From positions 1 through 48,576 of IMG/VR virus record IMGVR_UViG_3300030372_001698: 48,576 nucleotides of DNA; one strand, given 5' to 3'. The stretch is from a virus (lineage: Duplodnaviria; Caudoviricetes). Shown piece by piece: positions 38,167 to 48,225 of the stretch (within the stretch, counting starts at the first letter, position 1; every line of letters starts with the position of its first letter). The notes beneath the pieces were generated by a model. It saw only the letters and a list, made by a program, of their open reading frames with translations. It did no database searches and was not told where the DNA came from. Both the position numbers and the translations under genes were made by a program.

Positions 38167-39199
38167 AGTCTTTTCCTTGTGTTTGTAGTTCTAGTAAATA
38201 TAGACTTAAAAACGCACTTAAATCCCCTATTACCATTTCATATTGCTTTGTATACCAATCGTAGTCAGCCATTTTTGCATTTAATTCTGTAGTGTAAGAT
38301 TCTACTCTACCTAAATAATCTTGTATTTCTTGCGCTTCACTTTCACTAACAACTCTTGCTGCTTCTACTTTTTGTTGTAAATCTGTTGTATATATAGCTA
38401 ATTCTTTATTGTATTCATTAAATTCATTTTCAATATCTGCAGAATACTGTTGCAATAATTGCGCCTGTTTTCCTAATGCTACTTGTGCCATTTCTGGATC
38501 TTCATCTGCTATAAAATCATCTACTCCAAAATCTGCTTCTGTTCCAGATGTAGTATCTGAACCTGACAATGTTCCATAATCAGTTGTTAAAGAAGGTTTA
38601 CTATAAGTTGGCGCAGTACCTAAACTTGCTAATGTAGTATCATTTAACGTTACTACGGTAGGGACTGTTGGCAACGTTACATTAGCCATCATTAATCTTA
38701 ATAATTCTTTTGCAGCATATAACACAACACCTCTTTCTAATTCATCTGGTAAATTACTAATAGATGAATCTCCTAAGCCAACAGATGTATCTGGAGTTAT
38801 ATGTTTTACTAAAGCACTTTGTCCATTTGCAGGAGTTGGTATAACATTTAAAGTTCCATTTTCTATATAGTATTTTGGATCTAACTTACTAGTATAATAA
38901 ATACTATTTACATCCGTATAGTCTCCTGAATCCTCTGGGCTTATTTCCATAGCTTTTCTATTGCGTGAACCATCATTCCTAGTAACACTTACAATTTTTA
39001 ACACCGATGCAGTGCTCATAGTTGTAGGCGAACTGTTCAATGTTGTAGAACTTGTCATTCTATTAGCTATATCATCATTAAATGAAAGATATTTTGTTAT
39101 ATATTTAACGCCTTCTTCTAAATACAAATCAGCTTGTGATGTGTAATCAGGGCTATCTATATCGCCAACTATTGCTTCTATTTCTGTTTTGAAGCTCAT
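38135..39199 (-). CDS. head-tail adaptor/neck protein with coiled-coil extension
   Basis: P.YYIENG.L.V.PTP and LP.E.E..VVLYAA motifs; position after capsid. Confidence 0.6.
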   Translation of the reverse strand: MSFKTEIEAIVGDIDSPDYTSQADLYLEEGVKYITKYLSFNDDIANRMTSSTTLNSSPTTMSTASVLKIVSVTRNDGSRNRKAMEISPEDSGDYTDVNSIYYTSKLDPKYYIENGTLNVIPTPANGQSALVKHITPDTSVGLGDSSISNLPDELERGVVLYAAKELLRLMMANVTLPTVPTVVTLNDTTLASLGTAPTYSKPSLTTDYGTLSGSDTTSGTEADFGVDDFIADEDPEMAQVALGKQAQLLQQYSADIENEFNEYNKELAIYTTDLQQKVEAARVVSESEAQEIQDYLGRVESYTTELNAKMADYDWYTKQYEMVIGDLSAFLSLYLLELQTQGKDYETPADDRVG

Positions 39200-39206
39200 T
39201 TACTAT

Positions 39207-39650
39207 TTATCCTTTCATAAATTTAATTGTTTTACGTTTAACTTTCATAGAGCTGTCAACGTGTTTTACTCTACTATTTCTTTTATTACTCAAACCTGCA
39301 AGTTTCACATGAGCATCTTGATACACTCTTTTTTCATACTTATCTGCTGCATGTCTAACATTTTTACCTTTTGCTGTATGAGGATACTCAGATAAATTCT
39401 TTTTCTTTGCCCAAGCAGCTCTGTTTTTACCTGTTCTTAAAGTAGTTGTTTCCATAAAATGATCTAATTTTTGTGCATAATTTTTAGCCTCTTGACCTGG
39501 TGCAGGTTTAAAAGACATACCTCTTCCAGTATTTATAGTTGAGTCTTTCATTTTCTTGCTTACATTTTTAATCATCTTTTTACCAAGTTCCAATACTTTA
39601 CTACCACCTTTTTTAACTGCTTTTTTTATACCCATTGCCATTAATGCCAT
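39207..39650 (-). CDS. Lys-rich basic protein
   Basis: AAGGA RBS, high K content. Confidence 0.7.
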   Translation of the reverse strand: MALMAMGIKKAVKKGGSKVLELGKKMIKNVSKKMKDSTINTGRGMSFKPAPGQEAKNYAQKLDHFMETTTLRTGKNRAAWAKKKNLSEYPHTAKGKNVRHAADKYEKRVYQDAHVKLAGLSNKRNSRVKHVDSSMKVKRKTIKFMKG

Positions 39651-40202
39651 TTACATACCCTTCCTTCTTTGTTTATTTTTTCTTTTTTGACTACCGCTAC
39701 TTATTCTTCCAGATACTCCTCCATACAAACTACTCATTCCTATTAATTTAACTTTATTAGAATGTTCATATACTGTCTTAACACCAGTTTTTGCATATCC
39801 TGCCGTTTTAGCCATTTGCGTTTCTTTTTTGGTGCGAATAATATCATGCTTGTAACCACCAGTTTTGCCTTTTACAAACTCCTGGTTCTTCTTTTTATAC
39901 TTTTTAATAGTAGGAGCATGTGTAGTCTCGTTACCTTTCTTAGTATAAAACTTTTTTTTACCCTTTTTGGTAGTAAATTTAGTTCCTTTTTGTTGAACTT
40001 TAGTTAATGAACTATATACTTTTCCTGCTCCACGTTTAATGCTTCGATCTATTGCACCATCTTTAAATAACAATCCACGTTCACCGACGCTTTTTTTATA
40101 CTTTTTCTTTGCTGCCTTATAAATTTTAGGTGCATTTTTTATAAGTTTTCTTCCTGCTACTCTTGCTGCCGATAAGGCTGCTGCTGCAAATGGAATTGCC
40201 AT
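39651..40202 (-). CDS. Lys-rich basic protein
   Basis: AAGGAG RBS before ATG 40202 (MAIPFAAAAL...). Confidence 0.7.
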   Translation of the reverse strand: MAIPFAAAALSAARVAGRKLIKNAPKIYKAAKKKYKKSVGERGLLFKDGAIDRSIKRGAGKVYSSLTKVQQKGTKFTTKKGKKKFYTKKGNETTHAPTIKKYKKKNQEFVKGKTGGYKHDIIRTKKETQMAKTAGYAKTGVKTVYEHSNKVKLIGMSSLYGGVSGRISSGSQKRKNKQRRKGM

Positions 40203-40221
40203 AACTTTCTCCTTCAATAGT

Positions 40222-40245
40222 GGGGGGATATATTTCAATCCCCCC
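40222..40245 (-). terminator. GC-rich hairpin right after major capsid stop (terminator or stabiliser)
   Basis: GGGGGGAT-tgaaatat-ATCCCCCC on the minus strand; only a weak U tract. Confidence 0.55.
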
Positions 40246-40252
40246 GTTTATC

Positions 40253-41674
40253 TTAACTAAATTGCAATACAGTGTGTGTTTCTGGTAAAGAAATTTCTAG
40301 ACCTGCTTCTGTAAGAACCATGTCTTTTCTTCCGTCAACATTTCTGTTTTGTACATTAGTAATGATTTGAGTATCACGTGATACACCGTTACCCATTAAT
40401 GGACGGTATGCTACGTTATTCAAATCGATCATAATTGCTGTATTTTCGTGAATACCTCTAAATAGTGGTTCCATAACAAAGTTAAGGTTACCATAAATAG
40501 TTGATACTCTTGTTACAGCATGTCCGAAGTTACCTTGAACATTCTGAATGTCAAGACCACTTCCAACCTGACTGTTTAAAGCCATTGTATTACCTAAGAA
40601 TGAAGACCCACCAAGTTTGTTCAACCATGATAGAACTTTTCTTGAAGCTAATACTAGTTTTTCACCGCTGTTTCCAGACTCTGGTGAGAAAACGTCTTCC
40701 ATAGAGTCAATGAAGTGATCGTAATTAGCTGAAGAATAAGCAAAAGTTTTCACTTTACCGTATGCTTCAGTGTAAGGTACGATACCCCATGTTCTTCTAA
40801 CTGGACCAGTTGCTGTAGAATCGTCTGTTCCTACACCAAATAACATAGCGTGTTCAAGATCCATCTTATGTTCCATAAGTTTTTCTTGATACACTCTCAT
40901 GTATTCGTTAGAAATTCCACGATATCTAGTAGCTAGAGCTGTACCAGAGAATAGAGGTACTGAAGTCTTAAAGATCTGACAGTATCCTTCTCTGTTGTAA
41001 AACTCGTCACTCCAACCTTCTGGGTCAGTTCCACCTTCAGCAAATGCTGAACCTACAACTTGACCTTTAAAGTTGTCGTCAAAACGTAGCTTAGATGCAT
41101 TTGCAGGTGTTTGAATACCTTGAGTTGCAGCTGCTGCTCCGTCAGCTGATCTAGTAGCCTTAAGCATTAACTTAAGGAATGTAGCTGCTTTAATTTTAGC
41201 TTTGCTAGAATCTGTAGCTTCTACTTCATCGATCTTGTAATATGCGATTGCTCCTACGTCACTTCCGTCTGAACCGTCAGCATCGTATTCACATTCTATT
41301 GCAACAATTTGTCCTACTAATAGGAACTCAGGTGCAACGTTTGTTGTTACCTCTCTACCAAATTTATCATATGCGCAATCTACGTAGAAATTATCTCCAG
41401 TAACAATAGCATAAGCGTCAGAGCTATAAGCTCCTACTTCTTTTGCTGCTTGCATTTGGAAATTACGTCTCTGCCACTGATGTCTTTGTTCTAAGAACTT
41501 AAACACAGGGTCATCTGTAGGTTTCTTTGCGACATTGGATAAATAGGTGAAGAAAGGTGATTGTTGAGGAGCTAATTCAGCTACTCTTTCACCAAAGTTG
41601 AAAATTCGTCTATCAACATTGATGGAAGTACCCTGAACAGCTTCTCCTGGATTAATACTATATATGTTAGCCAT
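40253..41674 (-). CDS. major capsid protein (HK97 fold)
   Basis: position after scaffold; CQIFKT, EHKMDLEHAMLFG, TEAGLE motifs; high-expression codon usage. Confidence 0.88.
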   Translation of the reverse strand: MANIYSINPGEAVQGTSINVDRRIFNFGERVAELAPQQSPFFTYLSNVAKKPTDDPVFKFLEQRHQWQRRNFQMQAAKEVGAYSSDAYAIVTGDNFYVDCAYDKFGREVTTNVAPEFLLVGQIVAIECEYDADGSDGSDVGAIAYYKIDEVEATDSSKAKIKAATFLKLMLKATRSADGAAAATQGIQTPANASKLRFDDNFKGQVVGSAFAEGGTDPEGWSDEFYNREGYCQIFKTSVPLFSGTALATRYRGISNEYMRVYQEKLMEHKMDLEHAMLFGVGTDDSTATGPVRRTWGIVPYTEAYGKVKTFAYSSANYDHFIDSMEDVFSPESGNSGEKLVLASRKVLSWLNKLGGSSFLGNTMALNSQVGSGLDIQNVQGNFGHAVTRVSTIYGNLNFVMEPLFRGIHENTAIMIDLNNVAYRPLMGNGVSRDTQIITNVQNRNVDGRKDMVLTEAGLEISLPETHTVLQFS

Positions 41675-41693
41675 CTTAATTCACTTCTCCTAG

Positions 41694-42596
41694 TTAAAAT
41701 GGATTCTTCTTGTTAAAGTTTTGTATCATAGAATCCATCATTTTATCTTCTGATTTTTTAGATGACTGCATATTGACTCCAGCTTTTACCCCGATAGGTT
41801 TCGGTATTGACAGTTTTGACTTTTGTTGCATCATATTAGCCTGTTTTTGTAAGGCAGCATCACTAACTTGTGTAATCGTTTGACTACTTTGTTCTTGTGG
41901 TTGCGTGTTTATTCTATGCAATTTCACCAAATTGTCTAAAGACATTGACTCTGGTGCTGTCATTTTTACCATAAAATCATTAGCGTCTTCTAACGAATAT
42001 CCATAATTGCGTTGTAAGTCAGATACTAATTGAGCTTCTTGAGCTTGTTTCTTAGTCTGTTCTTCTAGCGTACGCATAGATTGTATACGTTGTTCTTCTA
42101 ATGATGTAGTATAATCTGTCATGCTTTCCATATATTCAGTTTGTTTAACTAAATATTTAGCACTTCTGCTATCTGGGTCAGCTATTGCCTCGGAATGATC
42201 GAAGTCAGCAGGCTTTTGAGGTTTAACAGGTTTTTCTAATTTAGCTGTTTCCTTTTCTGCTGGTGCTGGCGAAGCGGTTTGTGTCTTTTGTGCCATTAAA
42301 TCTGACACTTGAGACTTCAAAAGGTCCACTTCTGCTGCACGTTTATCTGCTTGACTTTGCCAGTATTGATACTGGTTATTATCTTCCTTTGGGTCAACAG
42401 ACTGTGTAACTTCTGAAGGTTCATCAACAGATGTTTCGGTAGGTTCTCCAGTTTGAAATGCAAATTCATTTGAATTATCTCCGAAAATATCATTAAAGAT
42501 GTCTTCTTCTGGTTTAGGTTCCACTGCAGTCTCTTGTGGTGCCTCAACCTGTGGTTGTTCTACTTCTGTTGCCTGTGTATTTTGAGTATCACTCAT
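41694..42596 (-). CDS. capsid scaffolding protein
   Basis: acidic, Q/E/P-rich, YQYWQSQADK motif, between portal and capsid. Confidence 0.75.
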   Translation of the reverse strand: MSDTQNTQATEVEQPQVEAPQETAVEPKPEEDIFNDIFGDNSNEFAFQTGEPTETSVDEPSEVTQSVDPKEDNNQYQYWQSQADKRAAEVDLLKSQVSDLMAQKTQTASPAPAEKETAKLEKPVKPQKPADFDHSEAIADPDSRSAKYLVKQTEYMESMTDYTTSLEEQRIQSMRTLEEQTKKQAQEAQLVSDLQRNYGYSLEDANDFMVKMTAPESMSLDNLVKLHRINTQPQEQSSQTITQVSDAALQKQANMMQQKSKLSIPKPIGVKAGVNMQSSKKSEDKMMDSMIQNFNKKNPF

Positions 42597-44925
42597 TTTC
42601 TTGTTCTCCTAACTCTAACTCTCCAGTAAGAGGATTTGCAGCGACTTGTTCACTTTCAACTTCTCTTGCGGAGTTTATTAGATTTTGTTCAACATCGGCA
42701 AGACGTGTTTGATACATCGTAGTTGCCGCTTCAGCTCTGTTCTTAACCTTGTCAAGTCCTGAGCTAAATTTTTCTACCTCTAAACGTTTCTTAGCATGTA
42801 ACTCTTCACGTGTAGCGGTTTGTAAGTCTCCTTTGACTTGTTTCAATTCTTCTGCCATTGCTTGCATTTGTTGTTGCATTTGTTTCATTTGACCAGCACG
42901 TTCTAATACTCCTTCTACATCTACTAACTCTGATTTCTTAAGAACTTCTACCTGATCAATTAATCCAGCTTGATACATTTCTTGATATGTTGCTAACAAT
43001 GCCATTCTGTTTGTTGGTAATGTAGAACCTGATACTACTCTAACATCGTAGTTTCCTGTTCCAATATCATGCCATTTGTGCACTTGTTCATTATCCATTT
43101 CTTTATAAAAATTAAATCTTTCTTCTTTTTCTGTTCCATTCGGTTGAACTAAACGCACTACTTTTTCTTCAGTATATAACTGCTGCATTAAAGGTATTGC
43201 TACTTTTGCAGCTTGATTTAAAAAGTTTTCTACATCATCTCTTCTAGATTTAATACGTCTTTGTCCAAATTCATCTACTACCAGTGTTCCTCTATACGTA
43301 GATGGAGCGTTTGCTGTACTACCTTGCATTAATTCAAAAATACCAAAGCCGTATTCTAGGTCATACTTAGCATCTGCTTCGTTTTTATATAATTCATTGG
43401 GAAGAGGCACGGGCCCTGCTACAATAGGTGCACCTAGCTCTGCGTCAAATTCAATAACGCTGGTTCCAGCTCTTCCCCACTCTTCTTCAATCATGCGTAT
43501 ATCAGCTGATCCCCTCGGTATTAACAGCTTTACGTTAGTGCTTGTAGAAGCATGAGCAATAATTAATGATCTAATTTTATTAATATATTCTTGTAATGGT
43601 CTAAATAACCTTACATCTGATTCAGGAAACGGATTTCTATGATGTATATTCATTAAAGGTACAATAGGATACTCTTCAGTAGGTAAAACTCTCTCATATA
43701 ACAAGTTATCTCCTACAGACACTGTCATAGCAACACAGCATTTTTCTATTTCATTTGCTGTAATTTTACCCATACCAACCAGTTCACCTACTGTCGTAGG
43801 TATTAAAACAGTAGTACTGCCTGGTATAGCATCTTCATCTTCCATTCCAGGAACTTTTACTGGGTCAGCAGGTATAATATTACCTTGTTCATCTATTTCA
43901 GGTTCTGGTAATTCAAAATGAAACATTGTACCATAAGCTTCAATAGTTTTAAACATTTCCTCAATCAACTTAGGATCAGAAACAATAACTTCTTCTCCTG
44001 TAATTTTTCTAACAACAATATAATATTTGTCAATATAAGCATCATATTCTTCGTCTGTCATTAAAAACTCTTCATAATTAAAAGGTTCAAACACATTCCA
44101 GTAACTATGCATTTCTTTTGTATATCTTTCAATAAACTTACGTTTTGTGTGATACACATTATCATCGTCACCTTTAAATATTTGACCTTCTGTTGCTGCC
44201 AAATCAGTTGTTGGATAGTCCTCATTATCGGCCTGATGAGAAGAAGCGTCTTCAATAATATCCATAAAGTCAGGATATAATTGCATTGCTTGTTCATCGG
44301 TTAAATGTTTAGCAACTAAAATATGCGCAGCGTCTCTTGCGTATATATCTTTAGCATTTGGATCAATATATACATCTAATGGGTTAATAGATTTGATATA
44401 AACTTCTCCTTTACCCATATCTGCTTGTGGATCTTGGTATACATTAAATACTCCCATACCTCCAACATAGTAATCATCAATTACTTTCTTTAGTTCTTCG
44501 TTACCAGTAGATTGTTCCCATATCCAAGAAAACAAATCGGAAAAAACTTTAGCTGTATCTCTGTCAGAATCTTCTCTTGCAGTGCTACGAAATTGAGGTG
44601 AATTGTATGTTAGCAAAGACTTTGCTGTTTCAACGATAGGATGTATACGATTTACTACAATAGGAGCCTGACCACGTGCTTCTAAAACGTCTTTTTCTTC
44701 ATTTGACCATTGAGCTCCTGCACGGAACTCTATTGCCTCTTGGTATTTAACTGCCCACATTTCACGGGACGATGAATATTCTCTGAGTAATTCTTGCGAT
44801 AAATCTACTTCTTCATGGGTAGAGCCATCATTCTTTCTGATTCTTCCAGGAACATAGCCAAAAATATTTATTAGATCATTATAGTTTTGACTTCTTGCTT
44901 TTTGGCTTTTCTTTCTTTTTGGCAT
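42589..44925 (-). CDS. portal protein (P22-like)
   Basis: G.QW...L..RGQAP...NRI.P, YPIVP, Q..INK.RS, C-terminal coiled coil; follows terminase. Confidence 0.88.
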   Translation of the reverse strand: MPKRKKSQKARSQNYNDLINIFGYVPGRIRKNDGSTHEEVDLSQELLREYSSSREMWAVKYQEAIEFRAGAQWSNEEKDVLEARGQAPIVVNRIHPIVETAKSLLTYNSPQFRSTAREDSDRDTAKVFSDLFSWIWEQSTGNEELKKVIDDYYVGGMGVFNVYQDPQADMGKGEVYIKSINPLDVYIDPNAKDIYARDAAHILVAKHLTDEQAMQLYPDFMDIIEDASSHQADNEDYPTTDLAATEGQIFKGDDDNVYHTKRKFIERYTKEMHSYWNVFEPFNYEEFLMTDEEYDAYIDKYYIVVRKITGEEVIVSDPKLIEEMFKTIEAYGTMFHFELPEPEIDEQGNIIPADPVKVPGMEDEDAIPGSTTVLIPTTVGELVGMGKITANEIEKCCVAMTVSVGDNLLYERVLPTEEYPIVPLMNIHHRNPFPESDVRLFRPLQEYINKIRSLIIAHASTSTNVKLLIPRGSADIRMIEEEWGRAGTSVIEFDAELGAPIVAGPVPLPNELYKNEADAKYDLEYGFGIFELMQGSTANAPSTYRGTLVVDEFGQRRIKSRRDDVENFLNQAAKVAIPLMQQLYTEEKVVRLVQPNGTEKEERFNFYKEMDNEQVHKWHDIGTGNYDVRVVSGSTLPTNRMALLATYQEMYQAGLIDQVEVLKKSELVDVEGVLERAGQMKQMQQQMQAMAEELKQVKGDLQTATREELHAKKRLEVEKFSSGLDKVKNRAEAATTMYQTRLADVEQNLINSAREVESEQVAANPLTGELELGEQENE

Positions 44926-45028
44926 TTACCTCTATGTACCCTTCTGGTATTTTTGTGTCTAATACATCATCTAACTCTTTTGCAAAATTGCGAAAAGCAG
45001 ACATATATTTAACTAAATTTATTTGCAT
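44879..45028 (-). CDS. small protein (49 aa, MQINLVKYM...)
   Basis: GGGGAG RBS, promoter upstream, overlaps portal start. Confidence 0.6.
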   Translation of the reverse strand: MQINLVKYMSAFRNFAKELDDVLDTKIPEGYIEVNAKKKEKPKSKKSKL

Positions 45029-45043
45029 ACAATTACTCCCCTG

Positions 45044-45073
45044 AAATTACGGGATTTTTTTTACACTTGTCAA
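45044..45073 (-). promoter_or_regulatory. sigma70-type promoter ahead of portal-capsid genes
   Basis: TTGACA (45073-45068)-18 nt-TAATTT (45049-45044). Confidence 0.6.
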
Positions 45074-45080
45074 GCCTTTT

Positions 45081-46565
45081 TTACGCTATTTTCCAGTTTT
45101 TTGGCTGATAATCATAATATTCGTCATATTCTAACTCCATATCAGCTCCTTCATGAGTAGGCTTATAACAATTTTTGTTAGCATAAAAGAATCCGTCCAA
45201 CAAATCATCATGCTTACCACGTGGATATAATAACAATTCATCTAACAATGCTTGTTGGTTTTTCTGTATAAATACATTTCCTTGAGCAAATAAGGGCTGT
45301 AAGCTTTCTAGCCTATATGACTTGGAGGTTCTTGGATTTTCTTTTATTTCCAGACCAGGAATAAACAACCCTTCATCTGCAGATTTTTCTTTTATGTATT
45401 GTCTTAACATTTCCTGATATCCAACAGATTCTATCCTTGTCTTCGCACTTCTATTTACTTTGAAGTTTGTAATGATAGAATCTGCTAGATCTAGTGGGGT
45501 AGCCCTTTTTCGATAGTAGGGCAAAACAAATCTATTACCATCATAGTCAACTGCTATATTAAATATTACACTAAAGTCAGCTCCTCTCTTTGTACTAGAG
45601 GCAGGGTCGACTCCTGTAAAGATGTTTACAGGTCTAATCTCATTTACTTCCTCCCCATTTACGGTCGTCAGTATGAGATTCGACAACCCTTGCTCATCCG
45701 TTTCTGTATAGCCTTCGTAATATTGAATATGTTCAGCTCTAAATAAATTTTCTTCATCACCTGTAATTTGACACAAATACTCTCTATAGAATACAGATAC
45801 ACGATTAATACTTTCTAATTCTTCTTTCTTTTGAATAAGTTTATCTGCAGGCCATACTGAATCCCATAATGCTTTACCATTTTCTAAATCAGGAGCAAAA
45901 TGCATATTAACCCAACCTTTCATATCTTTTAATGTTTCAACGAGACAACGTTCATGCTGGGGAGTACCAATAACACATACTCTACCTACGATAGGATCTA
46001 ACGAAGGGACACCAGATTGCAACAACCAACGAAGATTTGTCTCCATAGCTTCTGCTGTCTTGGTATTGTTTTCATCTTCAGGGTCATCTAAGATTAATAA
46101 GGTAGGACGTTGGTTTCCATGTTTGATACCACGTATCTGTTGTCCAGTACCCTTGCATATAATAACGCTACCATCTTTTAATTCTATCTCAGCGTTTGAC
46201 CATTTACGTGCAGATTGCATTCCCCAATACCCAAAGAAGTGTCTAAACTCTTGAGAATAGTCTAATACGTCTTTTATTGTTCCTAGTAACTTAGTAGCGT
46301 GTCCCTGTGTCCTAGATACTAATACAATAACCTTAGGACCCTTATCAAACATAAGGTGATATAATGGATATACGCCTGCCACAATACTAGACTTAGCATG
46401 ACCTCTTGGAGCAATAATATTAATTTGTTTTTCATCTTTATGTAATTCTTCTATAATGTCATAGTGGAACCTTGGAGATTCACTACTAAACATGTTAGGC
46501 ATTACCATACGCCCAAATAACAACATATCCTGTTGCATTTCTAGTAATAATTTGTTTTTATCCAC
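45081..46565 (-). CDS. terL: terminase large subunit
   Basis: APRGHAKS Walker A, LLILDDPE Walker B, IGTP, GVDPA and HDDLLD RNaseH-like nuclease. Confidence 0.95.
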   Translation of the reverse strand: MDKNKLLLEMQQDMLLFGRMVMPNMFSSESPRFHYDIIEELHKDEKQINIIAPRGHAKSSIVAGVYPLYHLMFDKGPKVIVLVSRTQGHATKLLGTIKDVLDYSQEFRHFFGYWGMQSARKWSNAEIELKDGSVIICKGTGQQIRGIKHGNQRPTLLILDDPEDENNTKTAEAMETNLRWLLQSGVPSLDPIVGRVCVIGTPQHERCLVETLKDMKGWVNMHFAPDLENGKALWDSVWPADKLIQKKEELESINRVSVFYREYLCQITGDEENLFRAEHIQYYEGYTETDEQGLSNLILTTVNGEEVNEIRPVNIFTGVDPASSTKRGADFSVIFNIAVDYDGNRFVLPYYRKRATPLDLADSIITNFKVNRSAKTRIESVGYQEMLRQYIKEKSADEGLFIPGLEIKENPRTSKSYRLESLQPLFAQGNVFIQKNQQALLDELLLYPRGKHDDLLDGFFYANKNCYKPTHEGADMELEYDEYYDYQPKNWKIA

Positions 46566-46680
46566 GTATTTTTACTGGTTCTACAATAATTCTCATATCT
46601 CTAGCTACTTCAAACATTGTTGTCATAAATAACGTTAAATCGTCATCATTGCTCGTTCTGATCTTCACGTACTTCGTCAA
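46558..46680 (-). CDS. possible small ORF (40 aa, TTG start)
   Basis: open frame bridging the 46646 stop and terL start; weak RBS. Confidence 0.35.
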   Translation of the reverse strand: MTKYVKIRTSNDDDLTLFMTTMFEVARDMRIIVEPVKIRG

Positions 46681-47428
46681 CTTCGCTGATTTTAGTCGCT
46701 TTGAGTTTTTTTCTTTGTTCTTCATAATTTGCCTCAATTTGATGTGTCATATCAACCTCCAAGGATTCCGTCACCTGTTTTGTCTTAGGTGCCATATCTA
46801 AAAATATAGATAATTCTTTTGCAGCACGTATCATATCTGCACTGCTTTCTTTTACTTTTGCTACTTCGATAGCATCTTTCATTGTATCAAGTACAAAACC
46901 TTCATCAATACCTTTATCTGTAAGTATTTCTTTTAGTTTTTCTTCAATCATTTTCTTTGCCTCTTTACTTTTCAATAATTTTTTTATAGCTATAGCGGGG
47001 TTTTTTTGGTCAGGCCTGTATAATTTACCTATTTTATCAAGATCTGGCTGTAAACCAGCCATTTTGTACGTTAAATAGGCATCTATAGCTAGTTTAGCCC
47101 TACCTTTTTTAGCTTCCATCTCACTATATGGCTTTGTAGACACGCTAGAATAGTTACTTGACGCATAATGTGGCTCAAACTCTAACCTCCTGTGTTTACC
47201 AAGCCACTGACGACCGAATGGATAGACCATTTCAGTATTAGTAGCATACTCATTGCGAGCAATACACTTAGAAACATAGTTATCGTCACTAAGACCAAAC
47301 TCCCCAGGACCGCATTCTTGCCAATATTTATAGCATACCCCCAATTCATCTGCTTCGATGTCGGTATATACTTCAAAATTAACGGGTTCATAGTTATTTA
47401 TCTTTAGTTTCTTTGTTATCTTGATCAT
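46646..47428 (-). CDS. putative terminase small subunit
   Basis: upstream of terL; helical C-terminal half (AAKELSIFLDM) like TerS oligomerisation region. Confidence 0.5.
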   Translation of the reverse strand: MIKITKKLKINNYEPVNFEVYTDIEADELGVCYKYWQECGPGEFGLSDDNYVSKCIARNEYATNTEMVYPFGRQWLGKHRRLEFEPHYASSNYSSVSTKPYSEMEAKKGRAKLAIDAYLTYKMAGLQPDLDKIGKLYRPDQKNPAIAIKKLLKSKEAKKMIEEKLKEILTDKGIDEGFVLDTMKDAIEVAKVKESSADMIRAAKELSIFLDMAPKTKQVTESLEVDMTHQIEANYEEQRKKLKATKISEVDEVREDQNEQ

Positions 47429-47615
47429 TATCTTTATAATTTTCTTCCAAATATTTTACAAAAGCCTCTTTATCACCCTTCATCTTCATATATTCGTCTA
47501 GGGCCCTATCGCCGTTGAAAACATGTTGCTTCAACTGCTCTAATTGTACTGCAATAGCTGCCATGGTACTAATTAGTTCTTTTGCTGTAGGTTTTTTCTT
47601 TTTATTTATAGCCAT
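47394..47615 (-). CDS. hypothetical protein (73 aa)
   Basis: AAGGA RBS. Confidence 0.7.
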   Translation of the reverse strand: MAINKKKKPTAKELISTMAAIAVQLEQLKQHVFNGDRALDEYMKMKGDKEAFVKYLEENYKDNDQDNKETKDK

Positions 47616-47688
47616 TAACGTTAATCCTTTACGTAATTAATTATCTTAAATAATTAATGTATCTCTTAACGTTAATATTAACGTTAAT
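47614..47688. repeat. three copies of palindrome TTAACGTTAA
   Basis: 47615-47624, 47666-47675, 47678-47687; a further copy at 29640-29649. Confidence 0.75.
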
Positions 47689-47700
47689 ACCATACACTAT

Positions 47701-47919
47701 TTAGTCCAAATCTCTATCCGCTCTTATAAGAACGCCTAATTCTATAGCTTCTCTAATTACATTAATCTCTACTTCAGCCATCATAATCATCTTTATCTCT
47801 TGAACTTTAGGATTATTAGGATCTACGGGTACTTTTTCCCATTCTTTTCCATTCCAACGCTCAAAAAACTCCGCATTAGCAATCGCTTTAAGTATATCTT
47901 TAGGTAATTTTTTAACCAT
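47701..47919 (-). CDS. hypothetical protein, first late-arm gene
   Basis: ATG 47919 (MVKKLPKD...) more plausible than GTG 47982. Confidence 0.6.
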   Translation of the reverse strand: MVKKLPKDILKAIANAEFFERWNGKEWEKVPVDPNNPKVQEIKMIMMAEVEINVIREAIELGVLIRADRDLD

Positions 47920-47988
47920 AGCTATAAAATAAGGCCAATATTTGAAAAATGCAACTAGAATGTGTGTGGGAGATATATACACTCACTA

Positions 47989-48143
47989 CCTACCCCATTA
48001 ATTTGTTTCGTTTATTTTTTTTCGTTGAGATTTTTTCGTTGAAATACAAGCCCGCAAGGGGAAAGTAAACGCAAGCATTTACTTTTATTTCACCGCCTAA
48101 ATCTCACAGTATCTTTCCTACGAAACAAATTAATCGGGGTAGG
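47989..48143. repeat. 23-bp inverted repeat (one bulge) in the divergent control region
   Basis: CCTACCCC-ATTAATTTGTTTCGT (47989-48011) versus ACGAAACAAATTAAT-c-GGGGTAGG (48120-48143). Confidence 0.85.
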
Positions 48144-48225
48144 CACGTTCGCCCCTTTTCCGTATGGAAATTCTTTCATACATTACTAACAACAACTCTA
48201 TCTCTTGATAGGAAAGGAGTGAATA

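Noticed and set aside
42317-44297. Same-strand alternate-frame ORFs within scaffold and portal (42317-42547, 44061-44297)
   Set aside because: Nested in conserved genes, no RBS or slippery site identified
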